This document shows positions 30,306-41,815 of a DNA stretch of 64,000 bases, in pieces. The stretch comes from an uncultured Candidatus Saccharibacteria bacterium (GTDB lineage Bacteria; Patescibacteriota; Saccharimonadia; Saccharimonadales; Saccharimonadaceae). The stretch's first letter is position 1. Each line of letters begins with the position of its first letter. Where the stretch lies: the NCBI GenBank assembly GCA_949101405.1, contig CARYFM010000002.1:40621-104620 (forward strand), in the 5' to 3' direction. The notes beneath the pieces were generated by a model. It searched no databases and was not told where the DNA came from. It saw only the letters and a list, made by a program, of their open reading frames with translations. Both the position numbers and the translations under genes were made by a program.

Positions 30306-30383
30306 CATTATTGAAAATCTATGCTACAATGTAAGTAATGGCTTAAATAAGCCCTATCTTAAGGTGTGTTATAATATACTCAT

Positions 30384-31589
30384 ATGAACCGTGTACCCCT
30401 AGCGGAGCGCATGCGCCCGCAGAGTCTCGACGAGGTAATTGGACAAGACGAAATTATCGGTGATGGCAAGATTCTCACCGAAATCGTGAAAAAAGCCGAA
30501 CCCGTCAACCTGATTTTTTGGGGTCCTCCTGGCACCGGCAAGACCACTTTGGCGCGCATTCTTGCACATGAGTATGCTGCCGATTTTGTGGAGTTGTCTG
30601 CTGTTACTGCTGGCAAAAAGGATATCGAGGCAGTAGTAGAACGCGCCAAGACCAACTGGAATCTCAGAGCTCGCACCGTGCTTTTCGTAGATGAAATTCA
30701 CCGGTTTAATAAAGCCCAGCAAGACGCTTTTCTTCCACATGTGGAGTCAGGCCTGATTATTTTGATTGGGGCCACTACGGAAAATCCGAGTTTCGAGGTG
30801 ATTTCTCCGCTCCTATCACGTTCACGCGTAGTAGTGGTTTCAGCGCTAAAAAAGCCTGATATTCTCCAGGTCTTACGCCGCGCACTCGAGGCCGAAAACG
30901 CTACAAAGCGCGTCACGGATGAAGCTCTGGAGTATATTGCCGACCTCAGTGGCGGCGACGCACGTTCTGCTTTAGGGGATCTGGAGCTTTCACTCAATCT
31001 CGCTAAAAAAGTCGACAAGGGTGTGGTGGAAACCGCTGTTGGCAAAAAGATGCCTCTATATGATAAATCTGGTGACTATCACTATGACAACATTTCTGCG
31101 TTTATTAAGTCAATGCGTGGGTCTGATGTAGACGCAACATTATATTATTTAGCGCGGATGGTCCAGAGTGGGGAAGACCCTAAGTTTATCGCTCGTCGTA
31201 TGGTAATCTTTGCTAGTGAAGACATCGGGCTTGCTGGTAACGGCGCCCTGAACTTAGCTGTGAGCTGTTTTCAGGCAATTGAGCGTGTTGGTATGCCTGA
31301 GGGTGGGATTATTTTGAGCCACGTTGCCGTAGTGTTAGCCAAGGCCAAGAAAAATCGCGAGACTTATGATGGCTGGGCTCGAGCACAGGCTGTAGCTAAC
31401 AAAAGCATGGGCTGTCCGGTGCCGACTTGGCTACGCAATGCTCCTACTAAGTTAATGAAAGACCTTGGCTTTGGTGAGGGGCAAAAATGGGAAGCGGGCT
31501 TTCATCTCGACAAAAGTTACCTCCCCGAAGAAATCGCTCACGAGAAGATTTTTGGCGTTAAATCTGACTACAATCATAACGAGAAATAA
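30384..31589 (+). CDS. rarA: Replication-associated recombination protein A
   Basis: PLAERMRP, GPPGTGKT, DEIHRFNKAQQD, SAFIKSMRGSD, ASEDIG. Confidence 0.96.
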   Translation: MNRVPLAERMRPQSLDEVIGQDEIIGDGKILTEIVKKAEPVNLIFWGPPGTGKTTLARILAHEYAADFVELSAVTAGKKDIEAVVERAKTNWNLRARTVLFVDEIHRFNKAQQDAFLPHVESGLIILIGATTENPSFEVISPLLSRSRVVVVSALKKPDILQVLRRALEAENATKRVTDEALEYIADLSGGDARSALGDLELSLNLAKKVDKGVVETAVGKKMPLYDKSGDYHYDNISAFIKSMRGSDVDATLYYLARMVQSGEDPKFIARRMVIFASEDIGLAGNGALNLAVSCFQAIERVGMPEGGIILSHVAVVLAKAKKNRETYDGWARAQAVANKSMGCPVPTWLRNAPTKLMKDLGFGEGQKWEAGFHLDKSYLPEEIAHEKIFGVKSDYNHNEK

Positions 31590-31756
31590 TATTTGCAAAA
31601 ACTACTAAAATAGCCATAAACCTATTGACAAATTCACAATTACGTGATACAATGGCAAAAGAGTAGCATGTCACTATTAGATCTTTAGCATGCTCAAAGT
31701 AATCTATGGGTTTCTAGATTCTATCTTTCATTTTTCAAAAAAAGGAGGGCAAAAAC

Positions 31757-32488
31757 ATGAAAGAAAAGAGTTTTAAGAAAGTTGGGGTAGCACTTGGATT
31801 ATTCAGGGCTGGTATAGCCATATCGGTGGCTGTTGGCTGCATGTTCCTTATCTTTGCGGTTGTTACAGTATATCAGGGGATTGAGTTCTCTCGAAATGCT
31901 ATAACTATGGCAGAGAATCTCAATATGAGCCATATCAACGAAAGCTCATATCCGGCAGAAGGCTGTATTTACGAGTTGGAGGCTAGAATCGTCGGTGATG
32001 AGATGTCTGGTAGCTGGTATCGCCATGCGATTGTAGCTAACTATGGCGATATGCTTGAGATCCGTCTCAAAATTACCGCTGCCGACCCTGCAGATGTCAA
32101 CCGAGAGGAAATTGCTAAATCTCTGTCGTTCATGTGTACTGATGGATTCGCTCCGTCAGCTGTAGAGTTGGAACATGATAAACTTATGCTACCAGACGGC
32201 ACGCTCGCTGACTATTTTGACGACTTCTTGGATGAGCATATTGCTTATATTGCAGTTGGCACATACAATCTCTGTCGCAAAGATTGGTTGAATGGAGCAA
32301 CCCCTGAACTCTTCGCTTACGCTTCAGGACGTACTGCTGCAACACTTACTGTTGTTTCTCCGTATTGCGAAGTTGAAGTTCTGACTGTGCTTATCGCTAT
32401 AGCAGCAGCAATATTCTTTGGGCTGGTCTTGCCATTAGTACTTAAGGCAATAAAAGCTAAAGTCCTTAAGCGCTTAGAGGATGCATAA
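31757..32488 (+). CDS. Hypothetical membrane protein
   Basis: N- and C-terminal TMs, AGGAGG RBS, downstream hairpin. Confidence 0.6.
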   Translation: MKEKSFKKVGVALGLFRAGIAISVAVGCMFLIFAVVTVYQGIEFSRNAITMAENLNMSHINESSYPAEGCIYELEARIVGDEMSGSWYRHAIVANYGDMLEIRLKITAADPADVNREEIAKSLSFMCTDGFAPSAVELEHDKLMLPDGTLADYFDDFLDEHIAYIAVGTYNLCRKDWLNGATPELFAYASGRTAATLTVVSPYCEVEVLTVLIAIAAAIFFGLVLPLVLKAIKAKVLKRLEDA

Positions 32489-32553
32489 TTGTAGCCCCGC
32501 TCCGGCGGGGTTTTGCTATCCCAAATTATAGCCGCTCCTTTATTACGCCATCT

Positions 32554-32768
32554 CCTCACATCCCTAATACAGTACTCAGGCAGCGGAGGGGGAAACCGAA
32601 CCAACGTTGATTAGGGCCTAGAGATGGTTCGACTGCAGTAAAGATTTCAAGATAATAAGCATTAGATGTAATATTGCCACTATGTGATGACCAACCATTA
32701 GCATAATGCCCAGCACCTCTAAAAGTACCAGCAGACATTGATAAATATATACGCCCGCTGCGCACAAA
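32554..32768 (-). repeat. Type A variable cassette C4
   Basis: TTTGTGCGCAGCGG start, identical 34-nt 3' motif, 69 open codons. Confidence 0.9.
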
Positions 32769-32850
32769 ACGTGCCGGCCGTTTTATTTAGTACATACCCA
32801 CTAAATATTAACAACCGTGCTATAATATAACTATAATTTAAGGAGTTTTT

Positions 32851-33381
32851 ATGGCAGATTTTAACAAAGTCTTGACCCCAGGGGATTACGAAAACGGCGA
32901 AATTAATGTAGTAATCGAGATCCCAACTGGCTCTAACCACAAAATTGAATGGGATCGAAAAAATGCCTGTTTTATACTTGATCGTGTGGAACCAATGGCT
33001 TTTGCTAAACCATGCAATTATGGCTTTATCCCTCAAACCCTAGATGAAGACGGCGACGAACTTGACGTACTTATGATTACCGAGCAACCACTGACCACCG
33101 GCATTTATGTCCCAGCTCGTGTGCTCGGTGTGATGAAATTTGTCGATGACGACGAAGTTGACGACAAAATCATTGCTGTGCCAGCTGATGACCGCAACAA
33201 CGGCGACGCCATTCAGACTTTGGAAGATTTGCCCGCTCAGCTGATTAAGCAGATCGAGTTTCACTTCAACCACTACAAAGACCTCAAAAAACCAGGCTCC
33301 ACGGTGGTAAAAGGCTTCTTTGGCCTCGACGAAGCCAAGCAAGTCATCAAAGACGCCATTGCTCGCTGGAACGCACAGTAA
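32851..33381 (+). CDS. ppa: Inorganic pyrophosphatase
   Basis: IEIP.GS, NYGFIPQTL.EDGDELD, DDKI, FNHYKDL. Confidence 0.96.
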   Translation: MADFNKVLTPGDYENGEINVVIEIPTGSNHKIEWDRKNACFILDRVEPMAFAKPCNYGFIPQTLDEDGDELDVLMITEQPLTTGIYVPARVLGVMKFVDDDEVDDKIIAVPADDRNNGDAIQTLEDLPAQLIKQIEFHFNHYKDLKKPGSTVVKGFFGLDEAKQVIKDAIARWNAQ

Positions 33382-33438
33382 TTCCGCATTAAAAATGGCA
33401 GGTTTTCGGACCTGCCATTTTAGCATTATACAATGCTC

Positions 33439-34164
33439 CTAATTTTGTTGCGCAGTTTTATTCTGCTGAATCAACAGAATGGTCCGGGGTTGTTGATAAA
33501 TCATAAATGTTTCGTAAATAACCTCAAGACTTAAATCATATGCGCTCAGCCGGTAGATAATTTCGTGCGGGAAGTCCATCTTTATTCTGGAATTTGCGTT
33601 AATTTGTGCATTAATCCGGTCCAGATCTTTATGGGTTTTTCGTGCCTCCTGCTGTAATTGCTTAGATCCCCAACATGGGCGCGATTTTATTCGATAATCT
33701 TTGTACGACCAAATCTGGTCAAGCGCGCCGTCAAACTCTCGCGGTTCCTTTTGAGGCGGCAAACCGATATTTATTTCCCGGATATTGACTTGCTTAATAA
33801 AGCTTTGCCATTTTTCATCTTCTGGATGAATTATCTTTGGGGCAAAATTGCGTGCAAGCACATTCAGTGTATGCGTATATTTGAGCAATAATACCCGTTT
33901 CAGCTGATTCTCAGAAAGGCACAGTACTGCTGCATGCAAAAACGGCAGAAATGTGCAAACTATTTCTCCGGTAATCGGTATGATATTGGTCCGTTTTACA
34001 TAAACAATTTCGTCGTAATCGTAACCTCTATCGCCAGCATAATAGAAAAAATCTTCCCACACTTCTGGACGGTTTTCCGCAGAAAATCTTTCCGGCCCCT
34101 CCAGCAGAATATTCACATGGATATATTCTGTGGTGCGAAATTCTAACCTTGCCACATTCTTCAC
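33439..34164 (-). CDS. Hypothetical protein
   Basis: 241-aa ORF with GTG start after GAAGGG. Promoter at 34251-34279. Confidence 0.55.
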   Translation of the reverse strand: MKNVARLEFRTTEYIHVNILLEGPERFSAENRPEVWEDFFYYAGDRGYDYDEIVYVKRTNIIPITGEIVCTFLPFLHAAVLCLSENQLKRVLLLKYTHTLNVLARNFAPKIIHPEDEKWQSFIKQVNIREINIGLPPQKEPREFDGALDQIWSYKDYRIKSRPCWGSKQLQQEARKTHKDLDRINAQINANSRIKMDFPHEIIYRLSAYDLSLEVIYETFMIYQQPRTILLIQQNKTAQQN

Positions 34165-34287
34165 CCCCTTCGGTGGCAGATTTTAAAGAACAGTTTTATC
34201 TATATTGTTTTTACACTACAGATAGGGCTTAATTCTTTAAGCTTATCTCTATTGTATCACAGATTTGCTAAAAAGTCAAGATACGGG

Positions 34288-36087
34288 CTACCCCTCTTCC
34301 ATAAACGCGCCAGATTGGCGGCTCCAGAGGTGATTATAGACGCCGTGTGAGCGCCCCAGCAGCTGGTGATGCGTGCCTTGTTCCACGATTTTGCCATCTT
34401 CCAGCACCACAATCCGGTCCAGGCTGGCCACAGTCGAAAGCCGGTGGGCAATCACGATACTGGTACGACCCTGCATCAGAGTATTCAAAGCATCTTGAAT
34501 TAATGCTTCGCTCTCGGAATCCAAGGCCGAAGTCGCCTCGTCTAGCACCAAAATCGGTGCATCTTTCAAAATCGCCCGCGCAATCGCAATTCGCTGGCGT
34601 TGACCACCGGAAAGTTTAATTCCACGTTCGCCCACTAGAGTATTGTAACCCTCCGGTAGATCCTTGATAAACTCGTGCGCATTTGCCAACTTGGCTGCGT
34701 GCTCAATCTCATCCTGAGTGGCATCCAGCTTGCCGTAGGCGATGTTTTCGGCAATCGATCGATGAAACAATGAAGTCTCTTGAGGTACATAAGCAATGTT
34801 TTCTCGCAATGATTGTTGCGTAATCTTCCTAATGTCTTGCCCCGAAATTGTAATTTGCCCCGCACTTACATCAGCAAACCTCAATAAGAGTTTAGTCAAA
34901 GTTGTCTTGCCTGAGCCTGAAACCCCCACTAGACCAATCCGCTCGCCTGGTTTTACCTCCAGCGTAAAGTTCTGGAAAATCGCATCCTTTGCGTCTTTAT
35001 GCTTAAAATCGATCTGGTCAAACTTCACTGCAGCTTCTTGCAAATCCAGTACTTTAGCGTCCGGTGCGTCCACCACGTCGTCTACCATATCCAGAATTAT
35101 CGTCATTTCGTGAGCATCACCAAACACGCGGTTAATATTCTTAAAAATCGAGTTAATGTTCCATAGCTCACCTTGAATCGTCTGCGCATAGTTTACAATT
35201 AACACCAGCGTGGCAATAGAAATCCCCAGCCACTCACGCCCAAATACCAAAAACGTTAAAATCAGCGCTGTAATCCCAATTTGCACACCATTAAATTGTA
35301 AATCACGTTTGATTGTGGCATGCATCTGTTTGTAATTAGCGTCCAATGTGGCTCGAGAGAAATCGGCATAACGGTGGCGTTCGTGAGCTTCATGCGCATA
35401 AGATTTCACCGAAATAATATTGGAAATCGAGTCGGCCAGTTGCCCGGTTTGCTTCGTCTCGGCCGAAGCGGCATTATCGCTTAGATAGGCAATCTTTTTG
35501 AACGAGAGACCAGATACCAAAGCGTACAAAGCCACAAAACCTACAATTCCCACCGCAAACCATGGCACTTGTGGCGCTAGCACGATAATCACCATCCCAA
35601 TATACGCCAGTGTTGGCCATAAATCCCAGATAACTGTATCAACTAAGCGCTCAAATGCCCAAACGAACTTATTTGTTTGCGAAACCAGCGAGCCAGAAAA
35701 CCGGTCGTTATGGAATTGCATAGATTGGTCGTTCACTACCGTAAAACAGTTCACAGCTAAATCATACATCGCGAGCACTTCCATTTTCCAACACCAATAC
35801 AGTCGCAGCTCCTCTAGCACTACTTTGCTTAGCACATATAGCACAAAGAAACCAATAATCTCCACCGCTGCTACACTTAGCATCTCTTCTGCTGGTAGGC
35901 CCAGTGAGGCCTTTTCAATCAGGTCTGCAAAAATCAATGGCGCCAAAATCGCTCGGATAAACACTACGATTGGCGTAGAAATTATCATGCCCAGTGAATA
36001 CCATTTATATTTCTTCACCTCTTGCCAGTAATAATGCAAGGTGCGCCCAGTAGTTTTGACTTTCTCTTCGTTCTTTGCTTTAACCAT
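34288..36087 (-). CDS. ABC transporter, fused permease/ATPase (exporter type)
   Basis: TM domain plus GVSGSGKT, LSGGQRQR, LDEATSALD and IAHRLST. Confidence 0.95.
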   Translation of the reverse strand: MVKAKNEEKVKTTGRTLHYYWQEVKKYKWYSLGMIISTPIVVFIRAILAPLIFADLIEKASLGLPAEEMLSVAAVEIIGFFVLYVLSKVVLEELRLYWCWKMEVLAMYDLAVNCFTVVNDQSMQFHNDRFSGSLVSQTNKFVWAFERLVDTVIWDLWPTLAYIGMVIIVLAPQVPWFAVGIVGFVALYALVSGLSFKKIAYLSDNAASAETKQTGQLADSISNIISVKSYAHEAHERHRYADFSRATLDANYKQMHATIKRDLQFNGVQIGITALILTFLVFGREWLGISIATLVLIVNYAQTIQGELWNINSIFKNINRVFGDAHEMTIILDMVDDVVDAPDAKVLDLQEAAVKFDQIDFKHKDAKDAIFQNFTLEVKPGERIGLVGVSGSGKTTLTKLLLRFADVSAGQITISGQDIRKITQQSLRENIAYVPQETSLFHRSIAENIAYGKLDATQDEIEHAAKLANAHEFIKDLPEGYNTLVGERGIKLSGGQRQRIAIARAILKDAPILVLDEATSALDSESEALIQDALNTLMQGRTSIVIAHRLSTVASLDRIVVLEDGKIVEQGTHHQLLGRSHGVYNHLWSRQSGAFMEEG

Positions 36088-36322
36088 GTGTCCAATTATA
36101 TACTACCTGATGGCGTAAAGCAAGCATTATATCTCCTAAATTTGCTGGGGGGGGGGGGCATTTTAACAGAGAAAAACCTTGTGGAAAACTCTAATTGACA
36201 CTCAGCACATAAAATCATAATAGTATTGACATTTTGGATAATCTGTGCTACAATGGCTGTATATCGTGCATGCGATATACAGCCTGCCGGGTGGCAGAGT
36301 ACATGAAAAGGGGGTAAATCGT

Positions 36323-36694
36323 ATGATTTACAAGAAAAAGTTTAAAGCAACTATTATTAATGGTCCCTCCAAAATGGACCTCCTCACCGCTTTCGCCTAT
36401 GCGTACAGTAAGGAACATGATTTTTCTGTAACGTTTTACATGGTAGATGAAGATGAGAATCTGAAAGAGCGGCTGTGGTACAAGATAGCTGGTAAGGACG
36501 GTGCTCCACTGAAAGCAAGAATTATCGGTATTAGTTATGAAGATGGTAGTGGAAATAAGTTCTTGATCGAGGGCTACCTTGATTACTACTGCAATAAAAA
36601 GACCGATTACAGTGTGCATTTCACGGCGTATTATTCGTCGTTCAATCGAAAAGGCACTGCCGAACTTGAGCTAAATTTTGCAGACGAAAAATAA
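36323..36694 (+). CDS. Hypothetical protein
   Basis: AAGGGGG RBS before ATG 36323, upstream promoter, downstream terminator-like hairpin. Confidence 0.55.
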   Translation: MIYKKKFKATIINGPSKMDLLTAFAYAYSKEHDFSVTFYMVDEDENLKERLWYKIAGKDGAPLKARIIGISYEDGSGNKFLIEGYLDYYCNKKTDYSVHFTAYYSSFNRKGTAELELNFADEK

Positions 36695-36762
36695 ATAGTT
36701 GTATATACAAAATTTCTGGTTCAGCGAACCAGAAATTTCTTTTCTTCACCTGCCAAAGTTCT

Positions 36763-38085
36763 TTATAATTCTCCCGCCTTCACTCGCACCTGCTCTGTGG
36801 TATCACGGTCGCGCACTGTCACGGTATCATCTTCCAGGCTATCAAAATCAATCACCACACACTTTGGTGTACCGATTTCATCTTGTTTTTTATAGCGTTT
36901 ACCAATGTTGCCCGAATCATCCCAAGTCACAAAGATATATTTATCTTTCAAAATCTGATAAACCTCTTTGGCCTTAGCTACTAGCTCGGGTTTATTTTTA
37001 AGCAACGGACTCACGCAGAACTTATACGGTGCCAAATTCTCTGGCAACTTCAATACGACTCGATCTTCTTCCTCGACATACGCTGCACTTAGCACCGCAA
37101 GGAACAAACGCTCCACTCCGATTGAAGGCTCAATCACGTGCGGGATAAAGCTCTCGCCCGTCACCTTGTCGCGGTACTCCATACTCTTACCCGACGCGCG
37201 CTGGATATTACTGAGGTCGAAATCGGTTCGATACGCCAACCCCATCAGCTCCTCCTCGCCGTTTGGATAATCAAACATCATATCAACCGTACGTTTAGAG
37301 TAGTGTGCACGATCTTCGGCTGGCACATCCAAATCATGAATCATGCCTGCCGGCAAACCAATCACTTGTTCCAAGAAATAGTGTTGTTCACGGAGCATCT
37401 TATCAAACTCTTTTTCCCATTCATCTGGCCGCACAAAATACTCAATCTCCATCTGGCTACATTCGCGATCCCTAAGAATAAAATCGCGTGGAGAGATCTC
37501 ATTGCGAAATGCCTTACCTTGTTGCGCCAAACCAAAGGGAAGATTAGGATAAATCGTATCCACTACATTTTTGTAATTGGTAAAAATTCCTTGCGCAGTC
37601 TCTGGTCGTAAATAAGCAATACTGGTATCGTCCGAAACTGGCCCCACATGAGTCTGAAACATCATATTAAACTTGCGAATCTCACTCCAAGCCTGTTTGC
37701 CGCAAGTTGGACATTTAGGATTTACTTTTAAGAATTCTTCGGTCGTAATACTCTCGGTAGCCCCGTTTACTAACTTATCTGCTCGAAATCTTCCATGGCA
37801 TTCCTTGCATTCCACTAGCGGGTCAGCAAAAGTCGCTACATGCCCAGAAGCCTCCCAAGTTTTGGGGTTCATAATAATTGCTGCGTCTACGCCATACATA
37901 TCATCGCGGCTATCCACCCAAAAACGCCACCAAGCGTTCATGATATTCCGCTTCAACATCACTCCCAGTGGACCAAAGTCCCAGGTTCCAGCCATACCGC
38001 CATATACATCCGAGCCAGGGAAAATAAACCCACGGCGTTTACACAAACTTACAATATCCTCTAGTTTACCTGTAGTTTTACTCAT
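36763..38085 (-). CDS. glyQS: Glycine--tRNA ligase (alpha2 type)
   Basis: CKRRGF, YLRPETAQG, FRNEISP, IEPSIGVER, IGKRY...DEIGTP. Confidence 0.96.
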   Translation of the reverse strand: MSKTTGKLEDIVSLCKRRGFIFPGSDVYGGMAGTWDFGPLGVMLKRNIMNAWWRFWVDSRDDMYGVDAAIIMNPKTWEASGHVATFADPLVECKECHGRFRADKLVNGATESITTEEFLKVNPKCPTCGKQAWSEIRKFNMMFQTHVGPVSDDTSIAYLRPETAQGIFTNYKNVVDTIYPNLPFGLAQQGKAFRNEISPRDFILRDRECSQMEIEYFVRPDEWEKEFDKMLREQHYFLEQVIGLPAGMIHDLDVPAEDRAHYSKRTVDMMFDYPNGEEELMGLAYRTDFDLSNIQRASGKSMEYRDKVTGESFIPHVIEPSIGVERLFLAVLSAAYVEEEDRVVLKLPENLAPYKFCVSPLLKNKPELVAKAKEVYQILKDKYIFVTWDDSGNIGKRYKKQDEIGTPKCVVIDFDSLEDDTVTVRDRDTTEQVRVKAGEL

Positions 38086-38192
38086 ATCTATATTGTATCA
38101 TATATCTGTAATTGTAAATTTGGATTCAGGTTCCTTTTGGTATACCAAAATACTGAGACCATATGACCTCAGTATTTGTAATTATCTTCTCC

Positions 38193-38267
<75 letters not shown>

Positions 38268-38483
38268 AATAGACACATTATACCACATTCCCCGCACAAA
38301 ATAAAAGTATTGACTTTTACGCAAATCTGTGCTACAATAAAAATATAAGCCTCTTGCTAGGCCTAATCTGTAGTTGCTCTAACTCTATCGAGTTTTAGAG
38401 CTTAACCCCATTAGCCAAGTTGAGGTTAGAAGGACCTTAATTTTTTGGCTAAGACCTTTCTATCTCAAAGGAGGATGTTAGGA

Positions 38484-38960
38484 ATGTCAGAAAAGAATCT
38501 TCGGATATTAAACAGGCTTATAAACCTGTTTAATACGCTACTAATAGTAGCGTATTTCGGGGGCGCCTACTTTTTGGCGAATTTGCTCCTGAATAGTGTT
38601 GTACCACGTATTGTGCCCACTACCAGAGTCGCAAGCGATTTTTGGATTTTTGGGGTGGGCGCACTCTTGCTCTGCGCAGGTAGTCTTGCCGCAATAAAAT
38701 TTGTGCGCAATTATGCCGTTAGTGCAAAATTCGCCTGCGCAACGATAATCATCGGAGTACTTTTAGAAGGCTTCATCTTCATCGGCGCTATCTGTATCTG
38801 GACTGAAGCTGGCATGTATGCTGATTGGGTGGGGCAGTTCGGAATCGTTGCGGCGACTTCTGGAACAGACATGCGCTACTGGGTGGCAGCAACACTGGTT
38901 ACCCATGGTATTTTTGGGAACTTGCTGAGCGGCATATCAGACAGCATATTAATAAAATAG
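38484..38960 (+). CDS. Hypothetical membrane protein
   Basis: About 4 TMs, AGGAGG upstream. Exact start uncertain. Confidence 0.6.
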   Translation: MSEKNLRILNRLINLFNTLLIVAYFGGAYFLANLLLNSVVPRIVPTTRVASDFWIFGVGALLLCAGSLAAIKFVRNYAVSAKFACATIIIGVLLEGFIFIGAICIWTEAGMYADWVGQFGIVAATSGTDMRYWVAATLVTHGIFGNLLSGISDSILIK

Positions 38961-39033
38961 CCAGAAAATGTTTTGAAAAGACCCGCAGGTTTTGTCGTGG
39001 GTCTTTTTGCTTTGTGGTATAATAGGAAACAGC

Positions 39034-39109
39034 GGGGTGGTAGCTCACCTGGTAGAGCGCAGCATTCGCATTGCTGAGGTAGGGCGTTCAAGTCGCCTCC
39101 ACTCCACCA
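39034..39109 (+). tRNA. tRNA-Ala(CGC)
   Basis: Arm CAGCA-TTCGCAT-TGCTG, G3-U70 pair, CCA end. Confidence 0.92.
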
Positions 39110-39267
39110 CAATTTTGACAAAAAATACCTTTTATGTTATGTAACATGAGAGGTATTTTTTTGTGAAGAATATAAATTCTATGCTACAATTAGAATAATA
39201 AGTGAGGTGAATGCTATGATTTAAAACTGTTTTGATAATTATTGACAGTAATCAAGAGAGGTACACT

Positions 39268-40596
39268 ATGAAGAATGATCCAGTTTTTACAATTATCAAA
39301 CAGGAAGAAAAGCGCCAGTCTGAGGGTTTGGAACTAATCCCAAGCGAGAATTATGTTTCAAAAGAAGTCTTGCAGGCTATGGGGTCAGTTTTGACTAACA
39401 AATATAGCGAAGGCTACCCAGGAAAACGTTATTATGGCGGCAACGAGAATATCGACGAAATCGAAAACCTCGCCATTGACCGTGCTAAAGAGCTTTTTCA
39501 CGCCGATCATGCTAATGTCCAGCCACATTCTGGCGCCAATGCCAACGAAGCGGTTTACTTTGCTTGGTGTCAGCCAGGCGATACGATTCTTGCCATGGCC
39601 TTGCCAGCAGGCGGGCATCTTACTCATGGTTCTCCGGTAACACGCAGCGCCAAGATTTATAATTTCGTAGGTTATGGCGTCACTGATGATGGCGACATTG
39701 ATTATGACGAATTAGAGCGTCTAGCACACGAGCACAAACCAAAGTTGATTCTAGTTGGCTATTCTGCATTCATGAAGTTACCTGATTTTGATCGCGTAGC
39801 TAAAATTGCTGCTGAGGTGAGCGCCGAAGCTGGGCACGAAATTCTCTTGATGGCCGACATGGCTCATGTGGCCGGGTTGATTGCTGGTGGCGTACACCCC
39901 AATCCACTTGAACATGGCTTCCAAGTAATGACTAGCACTACCCACAAGACTTTGCGTGGTCCTCGTGGCGGTTTAATTGTTAGCATGGGCACAGTGGGAA
40001 ATCCTTTGCGCAAGGTTGAGCGTACACTGGAGAATATCCCAACTTTGATTGACCGAGCTGTCTTCCCTGGGACTCAAGGTGGTCCGCTTGAGCATGTTAT
40101 TGCGGCCAAAGCTGTAGCTTTTGGTGAGGATTTGCAACCCGAGTTCCAGGACTATGCGCGTAAAATCGTAGAAAACGCTCAGGCTCTGGCAACCGAGTTG
40201 CAACGGCTTGGTTTTACTTTACAAGGGAATGGTACGGACAACCATCTGATTTTGGTGAATGTAAAAGACAGTTTTGGTATTGATGGTAAACTTTATGAAT
40301 ATGCTTTAGACAAAGTCGGTCTGACTTTGAATGCCAACGCTTTGCCAAATGATAAGGGCGCGGCTTTTCGTCCTTCTGGCGTTCGTCTTGGTACTCCAGC
40401 CATGACTACCCGTGGACTAGGCGTGCCAGAAATGATGAAGGTCGCCGATTGGATGAAGCGCGTGCTGGATGTTTGTGTTCAGGCCGGTAGCGAAGAAGCT
40501 CTGGATGGTTATCAAGCTGAGCTGGACGGTGTGCGCGACGAAGTGCGAACGCTAGCCTTAGAGTTTCCCATTCCAGGGATTCCAAGAGAAAATTAG
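39268..40596 (+). CDS. glyA: Serine hydroxymethyltransferase
   Basis: [56 protein letters not shown]. Confidence 0.97.
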   Translation: MKNDPVFTIIKQEEKRQSEGLELIPSENYVSKEVLQAMGSVLTNKYSEGYPGKRYYGGNENIDEIENLAIDRAKELFHADHANVQPHSGANANEAVYFAWCQPGDTILAMALPAGGHLTHGSPVTRSAKIYNFVGYGVTDDGDIDYDELERLAHEHKPKLILVGYSAFMKLPDFDRVAKIAAEVSAEAGHEILLMADMAHVAGLIAGGVHPNPLEHGFQVMTSTTHKTLRGPRGGLIVSMGTVGNPLRKVERTLENIPTLIDRAVFPGTQGGPLEHVIAAKAVAFGEDLQPEFQDYARKIVENAQALATELQRLGFTLQGNGTDNHLILVNVKDSFGIDGKLYEYALDKVGLTLNANALPNDKGAAFRPSGVRLGTPAMTTRGLGVPEMMKVADWMKRVLDVCVQAGSEEALDGYQAELDGVRDEVRTLALEFPIPGIPREN

Positions 40597-40650
40597 AAGT
40601 AAAAAGCAAAAGTGTGGGCAGAATAATTGATAAAATAAGGAGAATTTATT

Positions 40651-41175
40651 ATGCCCACCAAGACTACCAAAACTACTAAGACCAGTTCAGCGGTACGCAA
40701 GCCATCTAATGCTTACCGCACTGGTAATCAGTCGGCGGTACGACGCTTGACTTCATCTAGTTCTAAACGCAAAGCGGTTCAAGGTGATGTTTCTGAGTCT
40801 GAGGAAATCGACGAAACTACTATGCATGATGTTGTTCTAGAAAAAGCAGTTACCACTCCACATCTAGCCTTTCCAGCTTTACCGGAGCCGGAAGAGTTGG
40901 CTAAGTATGAAAAAATTATTCCGGGCGGCGCCGAGCGGATTCTCGAGCTGGCGGAACAGGACTGTCGGCATAATCGTGAGCTGGAAAACCGCCAGCTCGA
41001 AACGAGCGCCAAGCTCAAATTCTTGAAACATTTAATCACTTTTCTCTTGGCGCTCGGCGCAGGCGCACTCGGCGCCGCCCTTCTGCTCGCCGGCAGCGAG
41101 CTTGCCGGATTATTAGTTATCGTCATCGATGCGGCTGCGCTCGCTGCCGTCGCGCTCTACGGCAAACAATTCTAA
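40651..41175 (+). CDS. DUF2335-like membrane protein
   Basis: LPEPEELAKYEKIIPGGAERILELAE followed by two TMs. Confidence 0.75.
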   Translation: MPTKTTKTTKTSSAVRKPSNAYRTGNQSAVRRLTSSSSKRKAVQGDVSESEEIDETTMHDVVLEKAVTTPHLAFPALPEPEELAKYEKIIPGGAERILELAEQDCRHNRELENRQLETSAKLKFLKHLITFLLALGAGALGAALLLAGSELAGLLVIVIDAAALAAVALYGKQF

Positions 41176-41178
41176 GTA

Positions 41179-41612
41179 AGAAAGATCGGCACCCCACCGC
41201 GGCAAAAACCAGCGGAGGGAGCGACCGACGTAACGATTACCCTCGTGCGACGGGTAGACCGCGGTATTAAAGTTGAGGTCGTAAGCGTTTGTAGCCGACG
41301 AAGCCCCGCGCGACGACCACCAGTTGCCTTCGTTGCCAGCGTTCCTAAAAGTACCAGCAGTAGTTGCTGGCGCAACGTGCCCGCTGCGCCAGACAGCCCA
41401 TACTACAAACGCCATAACGAAAAGCCTTAAGCCATCAAAGCAAGGTTTAGAAGCTCACTTTTGGCTCGCTAGACCATAATCTTGCGCGCTGCCAAACCTT
41501 ATTTTTCTCTTGGAATCCAAAGGGGAACTTCACGATCTTTCTAAGAGAGGGCCGCTAATTGGCGGAGCTTGACCTCTGTGCCACCGTTGGCCCCCATGGA
41601 CTAAGTCCACGA
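41179..41612 (-). ncRNA. Type B unit B2: putative DGR template-like RNA
   Basis: Extended -10 TGCTACAAT at 41617-41625 (minus). Leader homologous to B1. Cassette at 41179-41389 has an AAC-rich core and the type B tail. Confidence 0.65.
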
Positions 41613-41815
41613 AAATATTGTAGCATACCAGTAATGCTATACTGCGTATTGGAAAAGCCTCAATTTTACCATAATGCTATTGACAAAAATACCAATCTGT
41701 GATACAATAGAATGAGATACCACTAGTTTGCTCGCTGGGGGCTATCGTATAGTTAACAACATTCCTAAGAACGCAACTCGTAAACAAGTATTTTCATAGA
41801 ATTGGAGGGATTTTT

